From NCBI GenBank assembly GCA_965230915.1, contig OZ246395.1, positions 339,535 to 403,534 of the forward strand: a DNA stretch of 64,000 bases, in the 5' to 3' direction. The notes below the pieces were generated by a model. It ran no database searches and was not told the DNA's origin. It saw only the letters and a list, made by a program, of their open reading frames with translations. Below, piece after piece: positions 55,456 to 63,897 of the stretch. Position 1 is the stretch's first letter; the number at the start of each line of letters is the position of its first letter. Source of the DNA: an uncultured Candidatus Saccharibacteria bacterium (GTDB lineage: Bacteria; Patescibacteriota; WWE3; 2-01-FULL-39-13). The translations under genes were made by a program, and so were the position numbers.

Positions 55456-55920
55456 CTAAGTGGTTATCATTTCGCCTAGTTTTTTGTCTGTATCTTCTTC
55501 CTCTTTTAATGTCTCGTGCAAAATACTTACAAGATCTATATCATCTTCTTCTAGCATCATAATAACCATGCCATATTTTAAAATTTCATAATGCTCTACT
55601 GTTCTTGCCCCTGCAACTAATAATGAATCTCTTAAATCGCCTTCATCGACATCTTCTATTGCTTCGTTGCCTTCTTTTATTAGACCTTGCATGCCATGGC
55701 ATGTAGTTCCTCCTAAAGATATTTGTAAAGAATCAGCAACTTGTTGCAATCTTGCAACATGAGTGCGTGTTTGTTCTAAATGCATTTTAAATCCATTTTT
55801 TAGATTTGCATTCGTAGCAGCTTCGGACATTTTAGGAAGAGCAACAATGAGCTGTTGCTCTGCGCTATATAAATCTTGAAGCAAGTGTTCAAGTAATTTT
55901 TCTGGAGTATCAATTTTCAT
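55456..55920 (-). CDS. Ferritin-like YciE/YciF (DUF892) family stress protein
   Basis: LLEHLLQDLYSAEQQL...HLEQTRTHVARL...TVEHYEILKYG: the characteristic DUF892 helices and Glu/His ligands. Confidence 0.55.
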   Translation of the reverse strand: MKIDTPEKLLEHLLQDLYSAEQQLIVALPKMSEAATNANLKNGFKMHLEQTRTHVARLQQVADSLQISLGGTTCHGMQGLIKEGNEAIEDVDEGDLRDSLLVAGARTVEHYEILKYGMVIMMLEEDDIDLVSILHETLKEEEDTDKKLGEMITT

Positions 55921-56022
55921 CTTTTATCTCCTTTGAACTAATTCACTAAACACATTTAAGCTTATTAGTATGAAGAAGATATAAATATAAAGTAAGAAAC
56001 GTGTAAGCAAAATCGCGTAAAA

Positions 56023-56826
56023 TTATTTTCTATATCGTGAAGTGATTTCTAGTCGCCGATTAAAAAAGTCATTTTTATCAATGAATCCAATTTTAATAAT
56101 TTCTCCCTTTGATAATAATATTGAAGTTTCTGAATCGATTTCTAGATCTTTCTGAACACCATCTAAAAAAATATTAGAAGGTCGGGATTTTTCTGATAAT
56201 TTAATTTCAAAATTTTGTGCATTTACAATATCTTCTAAAAATCGATTGCATACAATCCCGTTAACTGACCATAAGTTGCTGCTAATAGGTAAAACAGACC
56301 CGCCAAGGCTAAAGTTATAGCCCGTCGAACCTAAGTCCGTGCATATGCAAATTCCGCTGCCTTTTATCTCGAAATTAGCAAAAGATTTATCCTCTGACGA
56401 AAGCAAAAAATGATGGTACCCCATTATATAAGTGCCCAGTATAACTTCATTAACGGCGTAGCCTAAAAATTCCTTTTTGTTTTTCTTTTTAATTTCAACT
56501 TTTATAGAAGTTGTTTCGAGATAATCCAGCTTTATCTTATCTTTTAGCAAAAGGTCAATTGTGCTTTCTAGATTATCAATTTTATTCATTAAGAAATTTA
56601 GCGTTCCATTTGCATATCCAAAAAATGGAATTTGAAGATTATTGTGATTCTGAATCGCGTGAAGAATTGCTCCGTCTCCGCCTGCTATTAATAAAATATC
56701 GGGGCTTTTTTCGCTTAGAACGTATGAAAAATTTTCTTTTATTAAGGTATTTATATTGGTACATCTTGGGTCGTTTGATTGAATGTATTTTATTTTCATA
56801 TCGCATGCTGAGAGTATTCCCAGCAT
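56023..56826 (-). CDS. nadK: NAD kinase family protein
   Basis: LLIAGGDGAILHAI (GGDG motif), AVNEVIL (NE/D motif), CTDLGSTGYNFSLGGSV (substrate-binding loop). Confidence 0.7.
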   Translation of the reverse strand: MLGILSACDMKIKYIQSNDPRCTNINTLIKENFSYVLSEKSPDILLIAGGDGAILHAIQNHNNLQIPFFGYANGTLNFLMNKIDNLESTIDLLLKDKIKLDYLETTSIKVEIKKKNKKEFLGYAVNEVILGTYIMGYHHFLLSSEDKSFANFEIKGSGICICTDLGSTGYNFSLGGSVLPISSNLWSVNGIVCNRFLEDIVNAQNFEIKLSEKSRPSNIFLDGVQKDLEIDSETSILLSKGEIIKIGFIDKNDFFNRRLEITSRYRK

Positions 56827-56835
56827 GCGTAATTT

Positions 56836-57150
56836 TTATTTCGCGCTACGTTTTGCTGGTTTAGTATCTTCTCGGTTGGCTCTATTCTCTTCTATTTTTT
56901 CTTGAGCTTCAACTAGCTTCTCTTCGGCTTTATCTTCTATATCGTCGCGCATCCTCATTGCTTTAGTTTTCACTTTTTCTACTTCTTCTTCTGCCACAGA
57001 TTTTGCGTCTTGAAGTTTTGTTTCAACCTTAGCGCGCATATCCTTGTCTAAAAACATTACTGCAATTGCACCTGCAACAGCTCCCATGACAAAAGTCATG
57101 AATGAATTGCTTGAGTTATTGTATTCATCGTATCTTGGCATTCTAAACAC
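56836..57150 (-). CDS. YtxH-like small stress protein (N-terminal hydrophobic helix + charged coiled coil)
   Basis: 104 aa; FMTFVMGAVAGAIAVMFL anchor followed by Lys/Glu-rich helix. Confidence 0.4.
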   Translation of the reverse strand: MFRMPRYDEYNNSSNSFMTFVMGAVAGAIAVMFLDKDMRAKVETKLQDAKSVAEEEVEKVKTKAMRMRDDIEDKAEEKLVEAQEKIEENRANREDTKPAKRSAK

Positions 57151-57370
57151 CTCCTTTATCTTTATTTGGTCTAATTAACTTAAGAATGAACGACATAAAA
57201 CCGGCCTGAATTGTTCCAGCTGCTAAAAGTGGAAACTTTTGAAGTTGCCAAATTAAAGTTTTAATAAGTGCGAAAAACAGTGTTAATTGATAAATAAGAA
57301 ACACTAACGCAATAGTAAAAACTATTAGAAAGGCAGTAATTGTGTAATACATTAATTCGATTGCTTCCAT
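57143..57370 (-). CDS. Small two-TM membrane protein (hypothetical)
   Basis: 75-aa hydrophobic ORF overlapping the downstream gene start by 8 nt. Confidence 0.3.
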   Translation of the reverse strand: MEAIELMYYTITAFLIVFTIALVFLIYQLTLFFALIKTLIWQLQKFPLLAAGTIQAGFMSFILKLIRPNKDKGGV

Positions 57371-57540
57371 ATAGGCCTAATATAGAGCTTTCGTAAAAGA
57401 ATAAAGATAAAATTTTGTAAGAAATTGTTAAGAGTGTAAGGTATGTTGATTATATTTTAATCAGCCTTCGCAGGATGGCAAACTATAGGGCTTTTTCTGT
57501 GCTTCCCCTAACCTGTTCTCTAATATATAATCTTATACCT

Positions 57541-59352
57541 ATGGAACTCCGAAATATCGCTATTATCGCTCACGTTGACCACGGTAAAACCACACTTGTT
57601 GATGGTTTGCTAAAACAATCTAAGACTTTTCGCGAAAATGAAGCCATGATGGGTCAGGACCTTATTATGGATTCTAACGACCAAGAAAGAGAACGTGGAA
57701 TCACGATTTTGGCAAAAAATACAGCAGTCACATATAAAGATGTAAAAATCAACATTGTTGATACCCCAGGACACGCCGACTTTAGCGGTGAAGTTGAACG
57801 TACCCTAAATATGGCCGATGGGGCTATTTTATTGGTTGATGCTCAAGAAGGTCCAATGCCTCAAACTAAGTTTGTTTTAAGAAAAGCTTTAGAATTGGGT
57901 TTAAAAATAATCGTTTTAGTCAATAAAATCGATAAAAAAGATGCAATTATTGATAAAACCTTAAGTCGTGTTTATGATCTTTTCTTGGAACTTGCTACTA
58001 CAGAAGCTCAATTAGATTTCCCGGTTTTATATGCAATTGGTCGCGACGGTAAAGCTTGGGATAATCTTCCAACAGATATGACAGCTCCAGCTGATTTAAC
58101 GCCGGTTTTTGATGCAATTTTAAAATACTTCCCTTCCCCAGCCGTTGATGAAAATGGACCATTTCAAATGTTAGTCTCTTCTTTAGATTGGGATAGTTAT
58201 AAAGGCAAATACGCGGTCGGCCGTGTTAAACGAGGAAAAGTTTCACCAGGATCAGACATCGTTATCATGAAACCTAATGGTACTTCAGAAAAGACAAAAG
58301 TCGACAAAGTTTTTGTTAATCAGGGTTTAAAACGTGTCGAAGCTGCTGAAGCCTTGTCAGGAGATATCGTTGCTATAACCGGAGTAAAAACCGCCGAAAT
58401 TGGTGATACTTTAGCCGATGCTGCAAATCCTGAAGCCTTGCCTACTATTCAAATTAGCGAGCCAACTCTTAGCATTTCTATCGGGCCAAACACTTCCCCT
58501 TTTATGGGTAAAGAAGGATCACTTTTAACAGGCCGTCAAATTTTAGAAAGAATTGAAAAAGAACTCCAAACTAACGTTGCAATGCGTTTAAATATCGAAA
58601 ATGGGCAATATATATTGTCAGGTCGTGGAGAATTGCACATCTGTGTTTTCTTAGAAACACTTAGTCGTGAAGGTTTTGAAATCGAAATCGGTAAACCACG
58701 CGTTATAACAAAAATGGTAGACAGAGTAGAAATGGAACCTGTCGAAGAATATACAATTGATGTTCCTACTGAATTTGTAGGAGCAATCACAAGCGAAATG
58801 GGAAAAAGAAACGCCATGATGAGCTCTCATACCGAAGACACCCCAGGCCAAACAAGATTAGTATTTGAAGTTCCTACTAGAAATATTTTAGGTTTACGAA
58901 GTGTGATTTTAACCCTTTCGAAAGGAACAGGTGTAGCTAACTCAAACTTCTTAAGGTATCAAAAAGTATCCGGAGATAACAAAAAACTTCGACGCGGAGT
59001 ACTAATTGCCTTCGAAACTGGTAAAGCTACAGCATACGGATTAAACGCCGCTCAAGAACGTGGCCCTCTATTCATAGAGCCGGGCGTAATGGTCTATGGA
59101 GGAATGATTGTTGGGTTAAATTCACGCGATATGGACCTTGAAGTAAACGTATGTAAGGCTAAACACTTAACAAATATGCGTTCAAAAGGTGAAGATGGAA
59201 TCATTCTAAATGCACCGATTAAAATGACTTTAGAGCAATGTTTTGGCTTTTTAGAGGATGACGAACTTCTTGAAATTACACCTGAAAGTTTAAGGCTTCG
59301 AAAGAAAATTCTCGATGCTACACTTAGGGCTAAAGCTGCCAGAAAAGGCTAA
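57541..59352 (+). CDS. typA: Translational GTPase TypA/BipA
   Basis: RNIAIIAHVDHGKTTL (G1), DTPGHADF (G3), NKID (G4), EF-G-like domains II-V and the TypA-specific C-terminus. The track ORF starts at 57475; ATG 57541 (MELRNIAII) is the conserved start. Confidence 0.95.
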   Translation: MELRNIAIIAHVDHGKTTLVDGLLKQSKTFRENEAMMGQDLIMDSNDQERERGITILAKNTAVTYKDVKINIVDTPGHADFSGEVERTLNMADGAILLVDAQEGPMPQTKFVLRKALELGLKIIVLVNKIDKKDAIIDKTLSRVYDLFLELATTEAQLDFPVLYAIGRDGKAWDNLPTDMTAPADLTPVFDAILKYFPSPAVDENGPFQMLVSSLDWDSYKGKYAVGRVKRGKVSPGSDIVIMKPNGTSEKTKVDKVFVNQGLKRVEAAEALSGDIVAITGVKTAEIGDTLADAANPEALPTIQISEPTLSISIGPNTSPFMGKEGSLLTGRQILERIEKELQTNVAMRLNIENGQYILSGRGELHICVFLETLSREGFEIEIGKPRVITKMVDRVEMEPVEEYTIDVPTEFVGAITSEMGKRNAMMSSHTEDTPGQTRLVFEVPTRNILGLRSVILTLSKGTGVANSNFLRYQKVSGDNKKLRRGVLIAFETGKATAYGLNAAQERGPLFIEPGVMVYGGMIVGLNSRDMDLEVNVCKAKHLTNMRSKGEDGIILNAPIKMTLEQCFGFLEDDELLEITPESLRLRKKILDATLRAKAARKG

Positions 59353-59408
59353 TTACGGCCTTATTATAAGTTTTGCCTTTCTAATATATTCCTTTATACT
59401 GCTAGGGT

Positions 59409-59972
59409 ATGCTTAATATTAAAGCCCGTCACCGCACAATCTTTTTTATAATTGCAATTGTACTTATTGCCCTTGTTGTAGGCGCTTTTGCTTATTATTT
59501 CAATGAAGTTACTGAAAACGAAAGTCAGGTCATTTCGTCTTATGATGAATGTGTTACTGCCGGAAATAAAATTCTCGAATCTTATCCTCCTCAGTGCATG
59601 ACTGAAGATGGGCAAACCTTTTCGCAGGAAATTGACCCCCAACATGATTACTCAAAAGAAATTCAGGTGACTAATCCTATCCCAAATCAATTAATTGAAC
59701 AAACTCTCCAGGTTACGGGTCAAATTTCTGGTACTTGGTTGTTTGAGGCCCAATCGTCGATGAAGCTTTATGATACCGACAATAACTTAGTGGCTGAAGG
59801 TGTAATTACAACTACTTCTGATTGGATGACCACCAATTTAGTACCATTTACAGGCACTTTAACCTTTACCCAGCCAGATCCTCAAAAAGGTAAGTTGGTA
59901 ATTGAAAATGCGAATCCAAGTGGAGATGAGGCGAACAAGAAAGAGTTTGAAATCCCTATATATTTCAAATAA
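59409..59972 (+). CDS. Hypothetical membrane-anchored extracytoplasmic protein
   Basis: N-terminal TM (IFFIIAIVLIALVVGAFAYYF), then a 150-aa soluble domain; a T-run hairpin follows at ~59975-60005. Confidence 0.4.
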   Translation: MLNIKARHRTIFFIIAIVLIALVVGAFAYYFNEVTENESQVISSYDECVTAGNKILESYPPQCMTEDGQTFSQEIDPQHDYSKEIQVTNPIPNQLIEQTLQVTGQISGTWLFEAQSSMKLYDTDNNLVAEGVITTTSDWMTTNLVPFTGTLTFTQPDPQKGKLVIENANPSGDEANKKEFEIPIYFK

Positions 59973-60024
59973 AAAACGCCTGCTTGTCTTTCGACAAACA
60001 AGGCGTAATTTATGGGTTTAGAAA

Positions 60025-60309
60025 TTAGTTTCTGAAACCGCCATTACCTCTAGAACCTTCTTCTTTTGGTCTAGCTATGTTAACAACGATTGATCTTCCT
60101 CCTAATTCTGTACCGTTTAAGGTATCGACTGCTTTTTGAGCTTCTTCTTCTGTTTCGAATTCTACGAAACCGAATCCTTTGCTTCTGTTAGTAGCACGAT
60201 CGATTATTATGCTTGCGCTAACGACATTTCCGCATTGTGCGAAGTAGTCTCTAAGTTCAGCTTCAGTAGTAGAATATGGAATTCCTCCTACAAATAATTT
60301 TTTAGACAT
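60025..60309 (-). CDS. RRM-domain RNA-binding protein with Gly/Arg-rich tail
   Basis: RNP2 KLFVGGIPYS and RNP1 KGFGFVEF motifs; C-terminal RGNGGFRN. Confidence 0.85.
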   Translation of the reverse strand: MSKKLFVGGIPYSTTEAELRDYFAQCGNVVSASIIIDRATNRSKGFGFVEFETEEEAQKAVDTLNGTELGGRSIVVNIARPKEEGSRGNGGFRN

Positions 60310-60446
60310 TAAATATCACCGCCCAAATAATAATTTCTGTTAAACCGTGAAAATTTTGCGAGGTTAAACTAGCGTATTTACGTTCGAACAGATCATTATG
60401 CACTGTGTAAATTATATATCAGACTATGAGCTTTGTTAATAGGGGT

Positions 60447-60495
60447 AAAAAAAGCAGGGGGTCCTAGATTTGGTTATATTCTAGGAACACCCCTG
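60447..60495 (-). terminator. Rho-independent terminator on the minus strand
   Basis: Minus-strand reading: CAGGGGTGTTCCTAGA-atataaccaaa-TCTAGGACCCCCTG followed by CTTTTTTTACC. It lies ~150 nt upstream of the RRM gene start. Confidence 0.6.
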
Positions 60496-61085
60496 AAGCG
60501 GCTTGCCATTTGGCTTGCGTAGGGCCCTGCATGGCCAAGTCGCTTTGAACCAACAAACGGAACTACGTAGTGGGATCTCTGATCATGGCGTACCTCTCAA
60601 GTGAAGTTTCAGCGCCTGAATGATTTCCGTGAGACTTCGTTAAGCAGAATCAATCGAGCCTCATTTCTCTACCATACTACCCGTTTGTAGTATGAAAAGA
60701 ATTATACGAGCAACAAAGCCATTTTTGCAATACCCCAATTTGAGCAATTTCTTAATTTTATGTTTTGGTGGATAAAAGCTAGAGGTGCTTATCTTAAAGT
60801 AAAACAGGGAGGAATCTCTCAAGATTGGTCCGAACGAATTCGGTAATCTTAAGAAACCCTCCCTTAAAGTTTTAGCGATAGGCTAAAAATCTACGAGCCT
60901 ACCGCTCTATGGCTTCACCCCAAGGGGTGGCCGCTCGGCGTCGTCAGGCGCTGCTTGTGGCTGAATAATTTACCAAAACCCTACATTTCCTAGCTTTCCT
61001 ACACATGGGAAAAACCTTTCTGCCGATTTGGCATCAGTCGGATGGATAAATAGAGCCCACGGCTCACCTGCTCTTCGCAGTGGCG
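60496..61085 (-). ncRNA. Candidate large structured ncRNA (~600 nt) on the minus strand
   Basis: ~800-nt interval with no ORF of 60 aa or more on either strand, ~45% GC (flanks ~34%), bounded by a putative promoter (TTGCAT-N18-TATACT, minus strand ~61117-61088) and the terminator at 60495-60447; several internal hairpins. Family unassigned. Confidence 0.3.
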
Positions 61086-61087
61086 AT

Positions 61088-61117
61088 AGTATAGTTCCAT
61101 AGCCACTTTATATGCAA
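61088..61117 (-). promoter_or_regulatory. Putative sigma70-type promoter (TTGCAT-N18-TATACT) for the candidate ncRNA
   Basis: Minus-strand reading TTGCATataaagtggctatggaacTATACT; positioned to start transcription at ~61080, reading toward the terminator at 60495. Confidence 0.3.
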
Positions 61118-61203
61118 TAGGCAATTTGAAGGCAAATTGTGTTTGGTATTTTCTGGTTTTGGCTATAATATAGAGGAAGTCGATTTTGGCTTGGTGGGTA
61201 ACT

Positions 61204-61890
61204 ATGGATAAAATAATCGTTTTGCTTCAGAACAATGAAGAGTATGAGGAATTCCTTTACAAGCTTCTCTCTGACCATAACTACATAATAAAAAGAGCAA
61301 AGAGTGATATCGAAGTCTTGAACCATTTAGATGAGCTAAATCCTGACCTAATCATTTCTTCTTATAATCTTCAAAATTTAGATGGAACTTCGTTTTTCAA
61401 TAAAATTACGGAGGACTACCCGGATATCCCGGTCTTATTCGTAAGCTCCCAAAGAGATCCGGAGCTAATAGCTTCACTTTTGAAATATCCTAATTGTGAT
61501 TTTATGCTAAAGCCTGTTGTTACAGAAGAGCTATTGGCACGAGTTAAAGTTTTGACCACCCCAGTAAATTTATCTATCAATAGAAAAAATCCTGATAGCG
61601 TAAAAATTAAAGATTTAATATTAAATACAAAAACAAAAAATGTTACTCGTGGAAGTCGAACAATTGCACTAACTCCTAAAGAATATAATCTACTCGAATA
61701 CTTAATGTTCAATAAGAATACGGTTTTATCCCGTGATAGCATTTTAAGCAAAGTCTGGGGAACTGTTACAGATGTTTCAGATAGAATTGTCGATGTTTAT
61801 ATTGGATACCTACGCGAGAAAATTGATTCCAAAGAAAAGATAAAATTGATCGAGACTGTACCTGGCTTTGGTTACTGCATAAAAGATTGA
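61204..61890 (+). CDS. Orphan OmpR-type response-regulator-like protein (atypical receiver + winged-helix DNA-binding domain)
   Basis: C-terminal LTPKEYNLLEYLMFN...VSDRIVDVYIGYLREKI...PGFGYCI is a clear OmpR/PhoB winged helix; the N-terminal ~120 aa resembles a receiver domain but with a poorly conserved acidic pocket; no cognate kinase adjacent. The track starts at 61186; ATG 61204 is used here. Confidence 0.6.
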   Translation: MDKIIVLLQNNEEYEEFLYKLLSDHNYIIKRAKSDIEVLNHLDELNPDLIISSYNLQNLDGTSFFNKITEDYPDIPVLFVSSQRDPELIASLLKYPNCDFMLKPVVTEELLARVKVLTTPVNLSINRKNPDSVKIKDLILNTKTKNVTRGSRTIALTPKEYNLLEYLMFNKNTVLSRDSILSKVWGTVTDVSDRIVDVYIGYLREKIDSKEKIKLIETVPGFGYCIKD

Positions 61891-61990
61891 TTCTTCTTAC
61901 TTTCTTCTTACATAAATTTAACTGAATTTTAAAGCTCATTCCCTACTCTTATACTAATTAATTAGTTTAGTTTTAGGAGGTGAATTTCAA

Positions 61991-62239
61991 ATGTTAGGAG
62001 TAATACTTTGGATAATACTAGGTGCTTTAGCAGGATGGATCGCTTCAATGATTATGGGAACCGATGCAAGTATGGGACCACTCGCAAATATAGTAGTCGG
62101 AATTATCGGTGCTGTAGTCGGTGGGTTCATAATGACACTTCTAGGTTTTGGAGATGTTTCTGGCTTTAACTTATACAGCTTACTAGTTGCAATACTAGGT
62201 GCAGTAATCGTTATTTGGTTAGTTAAGGTTATCGCGTAA
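61991..62239 (+). CDS. GlsB/YeaQ/YmgE-family (transglycosylase-associated) small membrane stress protein
   Basis: GVILWIILGALAGWIASMIMG...IVVGIIGAVVGGFIM: the diagnostic Gly-zipper helices; strong GGAGGTG SD. Confidence 0.7.
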   Translation: MLGVILWIILGALAGWIASMIMGTDASMGPLANIVVGIIGAVVGGFIMTLLGFGDVSGFNLYSLLVAILGAVIVIWLVKVIA

Positions 62240-62269
62240 TTAGTTTTTTAATTTGGAGGAAAATAAAAA

Positions 62270-62809
62270 ATGGCAGACGTACAAGAAAACACAAACTCTG
62301 TTGTCTCTTGGATTGCACTTTTAATCGGGGCTCTTGCTCTGCCTATCGCAGTTGTAGCATACAACCGTTCCGGTGAAGACATTAGCACAACAGTAGAAAA
62401 GAAAACTGCTGATGTTGTTGATGAAGCGCAAGACACCACCGCTCAAGTTGGAAGTAAAATGGCGGATGTCGGAAATGACATCGCTCAAAATGCGGCCGAA
62501 ATGAGAACTCGAGCAGAACTTGAAGCTAGATTGATTCAAATTCAATCTGAAGTGAACGCCAACAATGTTACAGATAATACTGTGAAAGAAGTTCAGGATT
62601 TAAGGACAGATTTAAGAAATACTTATGCTAATGCTTCTGATGAAGCTAAAGAACAAGTAGATGAAATGGATTCTGATTTAGCAGAACTTGAAATGCAGGT
62701 TCGTCAGGATACAGCAGCTGCTTTAGCTAATATAAGTAGCTTATTAGAAAGGTTAAGACAAGATGTGATGTCGACAGACGATGACGGTATGAATGATCAG
62801 GGTAATTAA
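62270..62809 (+). CDS. Hypothetical protein with N-terminal TM and long coiled coil
   Basis: 179 aa; TM (VVSWIALLIGALALPIAVVAY), then an Ala/Glu/Gln-rich helix. Confidence 0.45.
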   Translation: MADVQENTNSVVSWIALLIGALALPIAVVAYNRSGEDISTTVEKKTADVVDEAQDTTAQVGSKMADVGNDIAQNAAEMRTRAELEARLIQIQSEVNANNVTDNTVKEVQDLRTDLRNTYANASDEAKEQVDEMDSDLAELEMQVRQDTAAALANISSLLERLRQDVMSTDDDGMNDQGN

Positions 62810-62821
62810 CAAGTGAACTGA

Positions 62822-62848
62822 AGCCCGCTTTCAAATTGAAAGCGGGCT
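62822..62848. terminator. Perfect palindromic hairpin between convergent genes (putative bidirectional terminator)
   Basis: AGCCCGCTTTCAA-a-TTGAAAGCGGGCT (13-bp arms) between the + strand ORF ending 62809 and thpR (minus, ending 62855); flanking U-tracts are weak. Confidence 0.45.
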
Positions 62849-62854
62849 CAACCT

Positions 62855-63439
62855 TTATATCAAAGGAATCTTATACAAAACATCCTGAAATTTCGGACTC
62901 TCCAGATTCTCTTTTCCGTATATATAGACTTCTTTTAATTTAGTTTTCCATTCAATAGTTGTTAATAGGTTCTCAATCATTTTTCTATGCTCAGCAAATT
63001 GGATTTCAGATTCTGTAGTTTTTAGTCTTCCTAAAGTTAAATGTGGAATGAATCCGCGTTCTTCATCCCTATTATATGAATCTAAATGGGATGCTAAGTG
63101 TTCTCGCAATGTAATAAGTTTATCTGAGTGTTCGACTTTCATGTATAAAACATACGGAGTTTTTTCTACTTTCGACTCGCGATTAAATATGCCGAGTCCA
63201 TTTAGCTTAATTTCATCACCAACAATTATTTCTTTTTCTTCATGTAGAATTTCTGCAATTTCATTTAAACTTTTTGTATTCTGCTTGCCTAAATAATATA
63301 GAGTAATATGAGCTTCGCCAGCGGCTACAGCCGACATATTAGGCATGTATGCTTGTAGCTTCTTTTGTACAATTTGCAATTCGTGTTTGAACTCAGGATT
63401 TATTGGAAATCCGATAAAGCAATTATAAAATTCTTTCAT
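62855..63439 (-). CDS. thpR: RNA 2',3'-cyclic phosphodiesterase (2H phosphoesterase, LigT/ThpR family)
   Basis: Two H-x-T/S-x motifs at the expected spacing (EAHITLYYLG and IPHLTLGRL); 194 aa. Confidence 0.8.
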   Translation of the reverse strand: MKEFYNCFIGFPINPEFKHELQIVQKKLQAYMPNMSAVAAGEAHITLYYLGKQNTKSLNEIAEILHEEKEIIVGDEIKLNGLGIFNRESKVEKTPYVLYMKVEHSDKLITLREHLASHLDSYNRDEERGFIPHLTLGRLKTTESEIQFAEHRKMIENLLTTIEWKTKLKEVYIYGKENLESPKFQDVLYKIPLI

Positions 63440-63696
63440 TCGTCTATTATAACTAAATATTTAAATCAAGAAATTATTTTCTGGTGCGATTGTCATCAAA
63501 ATATTTTCTTAGTTATGATTATTTAGGATAAATTGTTTTAAAACTACAAAAAGTTCTTGACATATTCTTCATCATGCTACAACATAATAGTATTACGAAT
63601 GATTTCTTACTGCCTGCCCGAAGTTAATATTTTTTTAAATAGAACACCACGCGTTTAACGTAAGGTGTTTTTTTATTTTATTGGAGGTGAATATAA

Positions 63697-63825
63697 ATGC
63701 CAGCAAAAAGAAAAACAGCTGCTAAAAGAAAACCAGCAGCAAAGAAAACTGTTAAGAGAAAAACTGTTAAAAGAAAAACAACAGCAAAGAAGACAACAAA
63801 GAGAAAAACAGCAAAAAGAAAATAA
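63697..63825 (+). CDS. 42-aa lysine/arginine-rich repeat protein (histone-H1-tail-like small basic protein)
   Basis: A perfect SD GGAGGTG lies 7 nt upstream of the ATG; the ORF reads MPAKRKTAAKRKPAAKKTVKRKTVKRKTTAKKTTKRKTAKRK* (KRKT/AKRK periodicity) and is followed by a terminator. It is in a different frame from the track ORF 63665..63961. Confidence 0.45.
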   Translation: MPAKRKTAAKRKPAAKKTVKRKTVKRKTTAKKTTKRKTAKRK

Positions 63826-63854
63826 TCTTTTAGTTGATTCTTATTATCATCCTA

Positions 63855-63897
63855 AAAAGCGGTATCCTGCCTCAAACGTTGGAGCCGCTTTTTTAAT
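63855..63897 (+). terminator. Rho-independent terminator
   Basis: AAAAAGCGG...CCGCTTTTTT with an internal AACGTT-centred stem, followed by a T6 run. Confidence 0.55.

Noticed and set aside
60496-61085. Confident assignment of the ORF-free region as RNase P RNA
   Set aside because: Only partial resemblance to P4 and the P10-P12 consensus (GGAAAGCUAGG; GGGUGAA..GCGGUA). The canonical ACAGARA before the P4 3' strand is missing, and the transcript would be ~250 nt too long. It is reported as unassigned ncRNA pending covariance-model search.
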